From: Desulfuromonadales bacterium
GTDB lineage: Bacteria; Desulfobacterota; Desulfuromonadia; Desulfuromonadales; JAAYDE01
Length of the DNA: 64,000 nt
Direction of reading: 5' to 3'
Assembly (NCBI GenBank): GCA_963665915.2
Contig: CAXXSG010000011.1
Location: 68,979 to 132,978 of the forward strand
Made by a program: the position numbers and the translations under genes. Position 1 is the first letter of the stretch. Each line of letters opens with the position of its first letter. Under the pieces are notes generated by a model. That model saw nothing but the letters and a program-made list of their open reading frames with translations, did not search any database and was not told the origin of the DNA. This document shows positions 1 to 9,000 of the stretch, piece after piece.

Positions 1-1
1 T

Positions 2-166
2 ATAGGGAACGCCTTCCGTCACACCAAGATGGTGTCCAAAAAAAGTGAGCTGGTTATTTTGCTGCGTCCTGTGGTGGTGGCCCAGAACAGGGACTGGCAG
101 GATATTGTGGGGCCTTCCCGGGAGCGTTTTGAGCAGATGAATTCATTGTGGCCTGAAAGCTGGTAA
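2..166 (+). CDS. mshL: C-terminal end of an outer-membrane secretin (MshL/PilQ/GspD family); 5' part lies outside the window
   Basis: Frame 2 reads ...KSELVILLRPVVVAQNRDWQDIVGPSRERFEQMNSLWPESW then TAA at 164-166. The SELVILLRP-type motif is the conserved extreme C-terminus of secretins. It lies 76 nt upstream of the MshE-type ATPase. Confidence 0.6.
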   Translation: MGNAFRHTKMVSKKSELVILLRPVVVAQNRDWQDIVGPSRERFEQMNSLWPESW

Positions 167-242
167 ACGTTAAATCGATTTATGGCTTTCCCTGTAAGCT
201 TATTCCTGAGCTTGACGGTTACCCTGAATTCAAAAGGGCAGA

Positions 243-1976
243 ATGATGATTCCACGTAAAAAAATACGTATTGGCGAGTTGCTGGTTCAGAACAACATTA
301 TTTCCGACAAGCAGCTTCAGATGGCCCTCAAGACGCAACTGGAAACCGGCTCCAAGCTTGGCGATACCCTGATTGAGCTCGGTTACCTGAGCTCCAAGGA
401 TTTTCTGGAGTTCCTGGCCAAACAGCTTCACATCACCTACGTGGATCTCAACCATTATCAGTTCAATAATGAGGCGGTGAATCTCCTCCCGGAGACCTAT
501 GCGCGCCGATTCCGCGCAATTGTGCTCAAGGAATATCCGGAAAAACTGCTCGTGGGCATGGCCGATCCCAACAATCTTTTTGCCTATGATGCCCTGACAA
601 AAATCCTCAAAAAACCTGTTGAGCTGGCTGTTGTCCGCGAGACGGATCTGTTGCGGACCATCGATAATTACTATCGGCGCACCGATGAGATTGTCAATCT
701 CGCTTTCGAGCTGAATGAAGAGCTTGCCGTCGGCGGTGTTGATCTTTCGGATCTGCAGATCGATTCCGAGATGGAAAATGCTCCGGTGGTCAGGCTCCTG
801 AGGACTTTGTTCGAGGATGCAGTTATGGCCGGGGCGTCGGATATCCATATCGAACCGGATGAAAACGTTCTGCGCATCCGCCAGCGGGTTGACGGCATTC
901 TCCATGAGCAGGTAATGAATGAAAAACGTATCGTCAGTGCTCTGATCTCCAGGCTCAAGCTGATGAGCGGACTTGATATTTCGGAGAAGCGGCTCCCCCA
1001 GGACGGCCGCTTCAATGTCAAGGTACAGGGAAAAAGCATCGATGTCAGGCTGTCCACCATGCCGCTCTATCATGGTGAAGCGGTGGTCATGCGGCTTCTG
1101 GATCATTCGACCTCGCGCTTTGGAATGGAGCATCTGGGAATGACCGAATCCGATCTCCAGTGTTTCAGCAATCTGATCAATGCCCCCCAGGGGATGATTC
1201 TGGTTACCGGGCCCACCGGGAGCGGAAAAACAACCACGCTGTATGCCGCGCTCGATGAATTGAACCGTTCGGAACGCAAGATAATCACGGTCGAAGACCC
1301 GATTGAATACTGTCTTCCGAGAATCAACCAAGTTCAGGTGAATGCCCGCATTAATCTGACTTTTGCCGGTGTTCTGCGAACTGCGCTCAGGCATGATCCC
1401 GACATCATCATGGTGGGGGAAATGCGCGACGAGGAAACCGTGGAGATCGGTCTTCGCGCCGCCATGACAGGACATCTGGTTCTCTCCACCATGCATACCA
1501 ATGATGTTGTCAGCACCGCGATCCGCTTTCTCGACATGGGCGCCGAGGGCTACATTGTGGCGAGCTCGCTACGCGGCGTCATTGCCCAGCGACTGGTCAG
1601 AAAGGTCTGCCGGAACTGTTCTCGCCCCGTTACTCCCGAGGGTCCGGAGCTGATCTGGTTGAAGTCCATTTTGGAAGAAGAGGAAGCGCAAAACCATCAG
1701 TTTCAGCTGGGTGACGGCTGCTCTCATTGCAACAACACAGGCTACCGGGGGCGGGTTGGCATCTTTGAAACCCTCGCGATGGATGAAGTGCTTGCCGACG
1801 CATTGAGGAAAAACGACAGCGCTCTTTTCAGCCGTGAGGTAAAAAAGCGCCCCGGCTATCAGTCCCTGTTGCAGGGCGGAATGAAGCGTGTCTTTGATGG
1901 GACCACCAGCCTCGCGGAAGTCATCCGTCTTGTGGGCCAGGTGGACGAAAAAATCACAGCTCCAAAACATCCCTGA
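243..1976 (+). CDS. mshE: MSHA-type pilus extension ATPase (GspE/PilB superfamily) with an N-terminal MshEN c-di-GMP-binding domain
   Basis: 577 aa. Walker A GPTGSGKTT, and tetracysteine CRNC...CSHC typical of GspE/PilB ATPases. The N-terminus carries two tandem 24-residue MshEN-type motifs (RIGELLVQNNIISDKQLQMALKTQ and KLGDTLIELGYLSSKDFLEFLAKQ). Confidence 0.85.
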   Translation: MMIPRKKIRIGELLVQNNIISDKQLQMALKTQLETGSKLGDTLIELGYLSSKDFLEFLAKQLHITYVDLNHYQFNNEAVNLLPETYARRFRAIVLKEYPEKLLVGMADPNNLFAYDALTKILKKPVELAVVRETDLLRTIDNYYRRTDEIVNLAFELNEELAVGGVDLSDLQIDSEMENAPVVRLLRTLFEDAVMAGASDIHIEPDENVLRIRQRVDGILHEQVMNEKRIVSALISRLKLMSGLDISEKRLPQDGRFNVKVQGKSIDVRLSTMPLYHGEAVVMRLLDHSTSRFGMEHLGMTESDLQCFSNLINAPQGMILVTGPTGSGKTTTLYAALDELNRSERKIITVEDPIEYCLPRINQVQVNARINLTFAGVLRTALRHDPDIIMVGEMRDEETVEIGLRAAMTGHLVLSTMHTNDVVSTAIRFLDMGAEGYIVASSLRGVIAQRLVRKVCRNCSRPVTPEGPELIWLKSILEEEEAQNHQFQLGDGCSHCNNTGYRGRVGIFETLAMDEVLADALRKNDSALFSREVKKRPGYQSLLQGGMKRVFDGTTSLAEVIRLVGQVDEKITAPKHP

Positions 1977-2003
1977 CTCAGATAAAAAGCGGAAGAGGTT
2001 TAA

Positions 2004-3230
2004 GTGCCTAATTTCCAATATTCAGGCCGGGCAGCGGACGGCCAATTTCTACAAGGCGAACGGGTGGCTCCGTCGGCTGAGGCACTGGCTTCCCAGTTGC
2101 AGGCCGGGGGAATCATCCCGTTGGCCATTGAAGAGGCCGGGAAAACCACGCAGAACCTTGCGAAAAAAAACGTATCGGACTTTTTGCCGCGCAAGGTAAA
2201 AAAAGATGAACTCATTTTTTTCTGTTCCCAGATGTATTCTCTGACCAAGGCCGGGATTCCTATTATCAGGGCCTTGAACGGCCTCTCCACGACGACGAAA
2301 AATCCGCTTATGACGGATACCCTGCGTACCCTGATCGAAAGCCTGGAATCAGGACGGGGGCTGGCAGATGGTATGGCCCTCCACCCCAAGGTTTTTTCCC
2401 AGATTTTGATCAGCATGGTTCGGGTCGGGGAAAACTCCGGCCAGACTCCCCAGGCCTTTCTTCAGGTCGGCCGTTATCTTCAGCAGGAAAAGGAAACCGC
2501 AGACCAGATGAAGGCGGCCCTGCGCTACCCCCTATTTGTCGTTGTGGCTATTTTTACGGCCATCGGCATACTCAATGTGCTGGTGATCCCTACTTTTAAA
2601 AAAGTTTTCGATCAGTTCGGGGCGGATCTTCCCCTGGCCACCAGAGTTTTGATCGGCACTTCCGACTTTATTGTAACCTACTGGTATTACATCATCTTTG
2701 TGCTGGCAATGGGAATAGTGGCGTGGGTCAGATATCTGCGGACCGAGTCGGGGCGCCTTTTTTGGGATAGACAAAAACTCAGGCTTCCCCTTGTGGGGAG
2801 CATTATCCTGAGGTGCACCCTGACGCGTTTTGCGCGTGCTTTTTCCATGGGTTTCCAGGCCGGTATCCCTGTGGTTCAGATTCTCAGCCTGACTGCAAGC
2901 GCGGTCGGTAATGCCTTTATCGGTTCGCGATTGGACTTTATGCGCAACAGCATCGAGCGAGGCGAAACTCTTACCAACAGTGCTGTGGGGGCGGCCCTTT
3001 TTACCCCCGTGGTGCTGCAGATGCTGGCCGTGGGGGAGGAGACCGGCGAGTTGGACACCATGCTGGAGGAAGTCGCGGATTTTTATGAACGGGAAGTGGC
3101 TTACGATTTAAAGCGCTTGACCGGCGCCATTGAACCGATCCTGATCCTGTTCCTGGGAGGGCTGGTGCTGGTCATGGCCTTGGGGATATTTCTTCCGGTC
3201 TGGAATCTTTTTTCCGTGGTCAGAGGGTGA
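2004..3230 (+). CDS. mshG: Type II secretion / type IV pilus platform protein (GspF/PilC family, MshG-like)
   Basis: 408 aa with a duplicated GspF-type domain architecture and three hydrophobic segments. GTG start directly downstream of mshE. Confidence 0.85.
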   Translation: MPNFQYSGRAADGQFLQGERVAPSAEALASQLQAGGIIPLAIEEAGKTTQNLAKKNVSDFLPRKVKKDELIFFCSQMYSLTKAGIPIIRALNGLSTTTKNPLMTDTLRTLIESLESGRGLADGMALHPKVFSQILISMVRVGENSGQTPQAFLQVGRYLQQEKETADQMKAALRYPLFVVVAIFTAIGILNVLVIPTFKKVFDQFGADLPLATRVLIGTSDFIVTYWYYIIFVLAMGIVAWVRYLRTESGRLFWDRQKLRLPLVGSIILRCTLTRFARAFSMGFQAGIPVVQILSLTASAVGNAFIGSRLDFMRNSIERGETLTNSAVGAALFTPVVLQMLAVGEETGELDTMLEEVADFYEREVAYDLKRLTGAIEPILILFLGGLVLVMALGIFLPVWNLFSVVRG

Positions 3231-3249
3231 AGACTATAAAAGAAAAAAA

Positions 3250-3265
3250 TGGCCTGATGTTTGCA
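3250..3265 (+). promoter_or_regulatory. Candidate sigma-54 (-24/-12) promoter for the major pilin gene
   Basis: TGGCCTGATGTTTGCA matches TGGCAC-N5-TTGCW, with GG and GC at the correct 10-nt spacing. It lies about 70 nt upstream of the pilin ATG, which has its own GGAGGG ribosome-binding site. Confidence 0.55.
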
Positions 3266-3336
3266 AAATTAAAGGCCTTAAATGGTCGAAAGTTCAAAAA
3301 AGTCAAAAATATAACAAAACTCTGGAGGGAAAATCG

Positions 3337-3714
3337 ATGCGGAACGAAAAAGGTTTTACACTGATTGAGCTGGTCATGGTGATTGTGATCCTGGGTATCC
3401 TGACGGCGGTAGCTGTTCCCAAGTTTATTGATCTCAAGGTTGAAGCCCAGGCTTCGGCATTGCAAGGGGTTGTGGGCGCCATTTCCTCGGCAAGCGCCGT
3501 CAACTACGCGGGCCGTTCCGCTAACGCTGCCAAGGGAGAGATTACCCAGGGCTTGACCTGTCAGACGGCTGCTGCGGTCATTCTCGAAGGTGGAATCCCC
3601 GACGGTTATACGCTGGATAATGTGACGGCATTGGGGGCGGGTGCCAATACCTGCATTGTGACTCAAACCGATGGTTCTGCGACCGCCAATGCAACTATTA
3701 TCGGAATTCTCTAA
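3337..3714 (+). CDS. mshA: Type IV (MSHA-like) major pilin with a prepilin N-terminal methylation motif
   Basis: 125 aa. Short leader MRNEKG followed by FTLIELVMVIVILGILTAVAVPKF, the class III signal with G-1/F+1/E+5. It is flanked by its own promoter candidate and terminator. Confidence 0.8.
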   Translation: MRNEKGFTLIELVMVIVILGILTAVAVPKFIDLKVEAQASALQGVVGAISSASAVNYAGRSANAAKGEITQGLTCQTAAAVILEGGIPDGYTLDNVTALGAGANTCIVTQTDGSATANATIIGIL

Positions 3715-3758
3715 AAAAATCAGGGCTGAGTGTTTCCAGGCCATATTAAAAGCTGAAA

Positions 3759-3792
3759 ACGAGGTCCGTTTACCCGGGCCTCGTTTTTTTTT
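3759..3792 (+). terminator. Rho-independent terminator after the major pilin gene
   Basis: ACGAGGTCCG / CGGGCCTCGT forms a 10-bp stem (one G-U pair) with a 6-nt loop, followed by a T9 run. Confidence 0.7.
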
Positions 3793-3836
3793 GTGAGAAA
3801 CTTCCGGATGCTTTTTCGGGTCGGCTGGGAATTGTA

Positions 3837-4313
3837 ATGCGCTTTTTGTTAAAAAACCAATCCGGTTTTACACTGGTTGAACTGACTATAGTTCTGGTTC
3901 TCCTCGGCATCGTTTCGGTGATTGCCCTGCCGAAGTTTTTCGACAGCGGGACTTTTCGAAAAAGAGGTTATTGCAATGAGGTGGTGTCGGCCTTTCGCTA
4001 CGGACAGAAACTGGCTCTCGCCGAAGGGTGCGATATCCGCGTTCGGACGTCATCATCGGGGGTCGATATCTTTCGCCGTCAGGTGTGCAACGGCAGTAGT
4101 GCCTTCAACCGTGCGGTGATTCACCCCGGAAAAGGTGGGAACTATAATGAGGCCCCTCCGACAGGTATCACTTTAAGCAGCTCCACGGTTGTTTTTGACG
4201 CAGTGGGAAGAGCCCGGGATGCTTCCGGAACAACCACCGACTTTTCCATTTCTGTGGGGGGCGATCTCGCCTTTCAGGTTGTCGGGGAAACAGGGTTTAT
4301 CAAATCACCATGA
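3837..4313 (+). CDS. Minor pilin, prepilin-type N-terminal cleavage/methylation domain (MshC-like by position)
   Basis: 158 aa; N-terminus GFTLVELTIVLVLLGIVSVIALPKF. Confidence 0.7.
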   Translation: MRFLLKNQSGFTLVELTIVLVLLGIVSVIALPKFFDSGTFRKRGYCNEVVSAFRYGQKLALAEGCDIRVRTSSSGVDIFRRQVCNGSSAFNRAVIHPGKGGNYNEAPPTGITLSSSTVVFDAVGRARDASGTTTDFSISVGGDLAFQVVGETGFIKSP

Positions 4314-4768
4314 CTCTCCGGGAAATAATTCGCAGTAATCAGAGCGGACTGACGCTGGTGGAACTGGTCATGTCCATGGTTGTTATATCCGTGGCTTTGT
4401 CCGGTGTCCTGCTTCTTTTGAATACGACCATTCTCCATAGTTCCGATCCTCTTATCCAGCATCAGTCCCTGGCTATTGCGGAAGCCTACCTGGAAGAGAT
4501 ACTCCTGAAAGAATACAGCGATCCTGGCGGCCCGACTGAATCGGGGCGACCGGATTACGACGATGTGGCAGATTACCACGGCCTCCATGATATTGGCGCA
4601 CGCAACCAGTTCAATGCTGCGACCGGCCTGAGCGACTATACCGTTGATGTTTCGGTGACGGCGGATACTTTGGGCTCACCGGCCGTCAATGCCCGGCGGG
4701 TGGATGTTACCGTTAGCCATATCCACGGATTCTCCATGACCTTAAGGGGATACCGAACCAGTTATTGA
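4310..4768 (+). CDS. Minor pilin (MshD-like by position)
   Basis: 152 aa; N-terminus SGLTLVELVMSMVVISVALSGV. ATGA start/stop overlap with the preceding gene. Confidence 0.65.
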   Translation: MTLREIIRSNQSGLTLVELVMSMVVISVALSGVLLLLNTTILHSSDPLIQHQSLAIAEAYLEEILLKEYSDPGGPTESGRPDYDDVADYHGLHDIGARNQFNAATGLSDYTVDVSVTADTLGSPAVNARRVDVTVSHIHGFSMTLRGYRTSY

Positions 4769-4774
4769 AAAGTT

Positions 4775-5581
4775 ATGAATCTTTTCTGCGACAACTTTCG
4801 CAACCATTCCGGTTTCACGCTGATTGAGATGATTCTGGTGATCACCATTGCCGGCGTCCTGGCCTCGATTTCTTTTATTTTTATCTACAAACCGATTGAG
4901 GGTTTTCAGGATGCGGAAAGGCGGGGCCAATTAGTTGATGCGGCTGAAACGGTCATGTCCCGCATGCAGCGCGATGTCCGCCGAGCCCTGCCCAACAGCA
5001 TCCGGATTGCTGCAGGAGGTGGGGTAATCGAGTTTGTGAGCACCAGGGATGGCGGCCGCTATCGGGTCGCCGCACCGGGGGACGTTCTCGATCTGACAGC
5101 CGCCGACAACGGTTTTGATGTACTAGGCTCTCTGCGGGAAGTGCCGGCGACGGGGAGAAGTCTGGCGGTGTACAATCTGGCGGCCGCGGGGACCATCGGC
5201 AATGTCTATTATGGCGACAATCGTGCGCTGGTCGGGAGCGGCAGCAGTGTCGATCATGTCGTCCTGTCACCCGCTTTCCATTTTCCTCTCGCTTCACCCC
5301 ATCAGCGCTTTTTCGTTCTCGACGGGCCGGTGAGTTACATTTGTGATGGCGGAGCTGGAACTCTTGTTCGTTATCAGGGTTATTCCTACAGCGAGACACA
5401 ACCGACCGGTTTTCCATCGGGAAGCGGCGATCTCATGGTGGAAAATGTTCAGAGCTGCCGGTTTGCCTATGCGCCGGGGACCAGCCAGCGGGTCGGGCTT
5501 CTTACCCTTGAACTCACCCTGGGAAAGGGCGGGGAGCAGATCACCCTGCTGCATCAGGTCCATGTGAGCAATGCGCCATGA
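4775..5581 (+). CDS. Minor pilin / pilus biogenesis protein (MshO-like by position and size)
   Basis: 268 aa; N-terminus GFTLIEMILVITIAGVLASI. Confidence 0.65.
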   Translation: MNLFCDNFRNHSGFTLIEMILVITIAGVLASISFIFIYKPIEGFQDAERRGQLVDAAETVMSRMQRDVRRALPNSIRIAAGGGVIEFVSTRDGGRYRVAAPGDVLDLTAADNGFDVLGSLREVPATGRSLAVYNLAAAGTIGNVYYGDNRALVGSGSSVDHVVLSPAFHFPLASPHQRFFVLDGPVSYICDGGAGTLVRYQGYSYSETQPTGFPSGSGDLMVENVQSCRFAYAPGTSQRVGLLTLELTLGKGGEQITLLHQVHVSNAP

Positions 5582-5985
5582 AATCCGTTTTTCACCCACA
5601 GAACAGGGAGCGGGGCTTTACTCTGGTAATCGCTCTCTTCATTCTCCTCGGCCTGGCCGTTTTTGGCGGCTACCTGCTGACTATGTCGACGGTTCAGAAT
5701 CGCAACTCAGTTCTTTCCCTGCAAGGGGCGAGAGGCTATCATGCCGCCCACAGCGGCATCGAATGGGGTATTGCCCGGGCCGCCGCCGGGAATTGCACGG
5801 CCGTCACCAGTTTTAACGTGTCGGGAACCGGCTTCAATGTCAATGTCAGATGCCAGAGTCAGGAGTTTACTGAAGGGAGTAATACCTACAACGTCTATCG
5901 AATTACGGCGTTGGCGGAGTCCGGCAGTTATGGGTCCGATGATTATGTGTCCCGGCGTTTGGAAGCCAAGGTTACGGGGCCTTGA
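5578..5985 (+). CDS. Minor pilin-like protein (MshP-like by position)
   Basis: 135 aa; N-terminus RGFTLVIALFILLGLAVFGGYL. ATGA overlap with the preceding gene. Confidence 0.6.
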   Translation: MKSVFHPQNRERGFTLVIALFILLGLAVFGGYLLTMSTVQNRNSVLSLQGARGYHAAHSGIEWGIARAAAGNCTAVTSFNVSGTGFNVNVRCQSQEFTEGSNTYNVYRITALAESGSYGSDDYVSRRLEAKVTGP

Positions 5986-6003
5986 GTTCGGAAGGTTAGG
6001 AAA

Positions 6004-9000
6004 ATGGATATAAGGAAATCAACCTTTTTGGTATTACTGCTGGTTGTCCTGGCCGTCGCTCTGGTCCCGACCTTGTCGCGAGCCGAGACGGTCAGAGACG
6101 AATTCAACAATGTGTCGTATGACAATAATGACGGGACCAACAACTGGTCCGGTCCGTGGCATGAATCCGGCGATGATGACGATGTCTCCAGAGGAGATGT
6201 CCGGGTTACGCAGGGCCCTGATCACAGTCGTTACGTAATGATGTTCCGGGACAACAACCGGGGAGCCTATCGGAGAGCGGATCTGAGCGGGGCTGCCAGT
6301 GCAACGCTGAGTTACAGTTATTTTCGCGACCATTTGGACAGAAGCTCGGATTACGTTGCGGTTTTCGTTTCCGGCGATGGTGGCGGACACTGGACTGAAT
6401 TGACACGGCATTCCGGCCCGGACAATGATTCCGGATATGTGGCGGTCTCTTATGATATCAGTGCCTATATCTCCAACAACACAGTAATTGCCTTCGATTC
6501 ATCGTCATCGTTGGGGAATGACGACCGCGTTTATTTCGACGACGTGCAGATCCTCTACACCACAACCAACCGGCATTTCGCCATTGCTCACGATGGGATG
6601 GGGGATAACTGCAATCCGGAGCCTGTGACCATTGCCGCGCATGACGCCAGTCACAATGTCGACAGCGGTTTTACCGGAAGCGTCGATTTATCAACCTCGA
6701 CCGGACACGGCAGTTGGTCGGTTATCTCCGGCAACGGGACTCTGAGCGATTCCGGCGGCGGGAATGCAGCCTATACCTTTGTCGCTGCCGACAACGGCAC
6801 CGTCACTCTGGGTTTACGCGACTCGGCGGATGAAACCGTGAATGTCGACATCAGTGACGGCACCTTAACCGAAGAGGCTTCTGAAGACCCGGACCTGGTT
6901 TTTTTCACGACAGGGGTTGAGTGCCTGCCTGTCGGCGATTGGCGTATGGAGAATGACCCGTGGGGGCTGACGGCCATCGACTCCTCCGGCAACGGCCTGG
7001 ACGGCATCATCAGCAGCGCCACCACTCAGGAGGACACCGATCCGGCCTTGGGCGGAACACCCGGCACCTGCCAGTACGCCGGTTTCAACGGTACCGTGCA
7101 GAGCATGGTGGAGATTGCCCATAATTCGTTGTTGGCCATACCGGAGGAACTGACCGTTTCCCTCTGGTTCAACGCCAAGACCCTGCCAAGCGCAGGCAGT
7201 CTGAGCAGCATTTTGTCTAAAGACGAAAACTACGAATTCCACATCGACGGTTCCCGGGAAATCTACTGGTGGTGGAACAGCACGTCCGGCGCGGCCCATA
7301 CCTATACGACCAATGGTGCCAATATCCAGGCCAATCAATGGTACCACGTTTCCATCGTCTACAGCCGTTCCACGGCTGACCAGGTCATTTATCTGAATGG
7401 CGTACCTTTTCCAAAGCAGGAAGCCGGGGCGGATCGAGATGATTTAATGATGGACAGCGGTGACCCTTTGCAGATCGGCCAGGATATGGCGTTCAGCGGC
7501 CGTGAATTCGACGGCTTTATCGATGAGGTGCGCGTCTATTCCAGTGCTTTGAGCCAATCCCAGATACAGGCGGTTATGAACGCTACCCACCCATGCAGCC
7601 TGTTCAGTGTCGACCTCGACCATTACCGTATTGAACATGATGGCCAGGGGCTGACTTGTCAGCCGGAAGAGGTCACAGTGCGGGCTTGCCTGAATGCCGA
7701 TTGTACAGATGAATATGCCAATCCCGTCGATGTCACCTTGAGTCCGGGTGGCTGGGTTGGCGGCGACGTGCAGACCATCAACGGCGGCAGTGGCGTTTTA
7801 TACCTGCGTCACACCCAGGCGGAGAGCGTCTCCCTCGGAGTTTCCAGTAGCGCACCGGCGGCGACGAATCCGACTGAATGTTTTGTCAGCGGCGTGGTCG
7901 GCTCCTGTGACGTCCTTTTTCATGCCACGGGGTTTGTTTTTCAGGTTCCCGATTTCGAGTCCTGTCAAGGCACGACAGTCACAATGCGGGCGGTGCAACT
8001 GGACGACACGACCCAGGCCTGCACCGCCCTGGAGGGCTTCGGCACGCAGACCAAGGCTGTCAGTTTCTGGAGCGGCTACAGTAATCCGGCCACGGGCAGC
8101 CGGTCGGTGCAGGTCAACGGCAGCAGCGTGGCCGTCAGTTCGCCCGGGACCGCCATCACCCTGACCTTTGATACCGCTGCCAGCACCGAACTCGCCATCA
8201 ACTATAATGATGCCGGACAGGCGCAGCTTGATGCCCGTTATCTGGGGAGCGGCGACGATGCCGGATTGGAACTGGTCGGCAGCGATACCTTTATCAGCTA
8301 TCCGAATCGGCTGAACGTAGAGGTGACCAGCGACGGTAGCACCAGCCTCAACAATATGGGCAGCAGCGGTGATCCCCACTGGCCGTCCGGAGAAGATTTT
8401 CAGGTCAAGGTGAGCGGGGTCTGTCAGGATGGCAGCGTGACGACCAATTTCGCCTGGCCCACGACTTTGACTGCGATCACTCCCTTTGCACCGGCCAGCG
8501 GAACCCTCGGTTCCATGTCGAATGGTAGCATTGCCTTGACGGATTTCAGCAGCGGCAGCTCGACGGTCACCGATGCGCAATATTCCGAAGTCGGCAACTT
8601 CACCCTGCAGGCCAACGCCGTCAATTACCTGGCGCCGGGGATTGATATCCAGGGGGACGGCGGTGTGGTTGGCCGCTTCACGCCTCACCATTTCGAGGTC
8701 TCCACCAACACCCCCATGTTCGGAACGGCCTGCAGCGGGGGGAACTTCACCTATATCGGCCAGGTCTTCGATTACACGACCAAGCCGGTCCTGACCGTAA
8801 GCGCCAGAAATAAGCAGAACTTCACGACCCGAAACTACACCGGTGCCTGGTGGAAGATCACGGACGGCAGTTTAAGTGGAAAGCAGTATAATGTGATAAG
8901 CGGGACACTTGATTTGAGTCTTGTGCCGTCCCCTGATCCGGTCATTGCGGAAAACCCCGGCACCGGTGCGGGGACGCTGGCATTCAGTTCCGGAGGGGGT

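Noticed and set aside
219-1496. 425-aa ORF on the minus strand opposite mshE
   Set aside because: It is entirely antisense to a gene with strong motif support. The translation is low-complexity with no recognisable motifs, as is typical of shadow ORFs in GC-biased coding DNA.
6180-6200. RGD tripeptide in the MshQ-like protein as an integrin-type adhesion motif
   Set aside because: A three-residue match is expected by chance in a 1202-aa protein, and there is no supporting context in a free-living bacterium.
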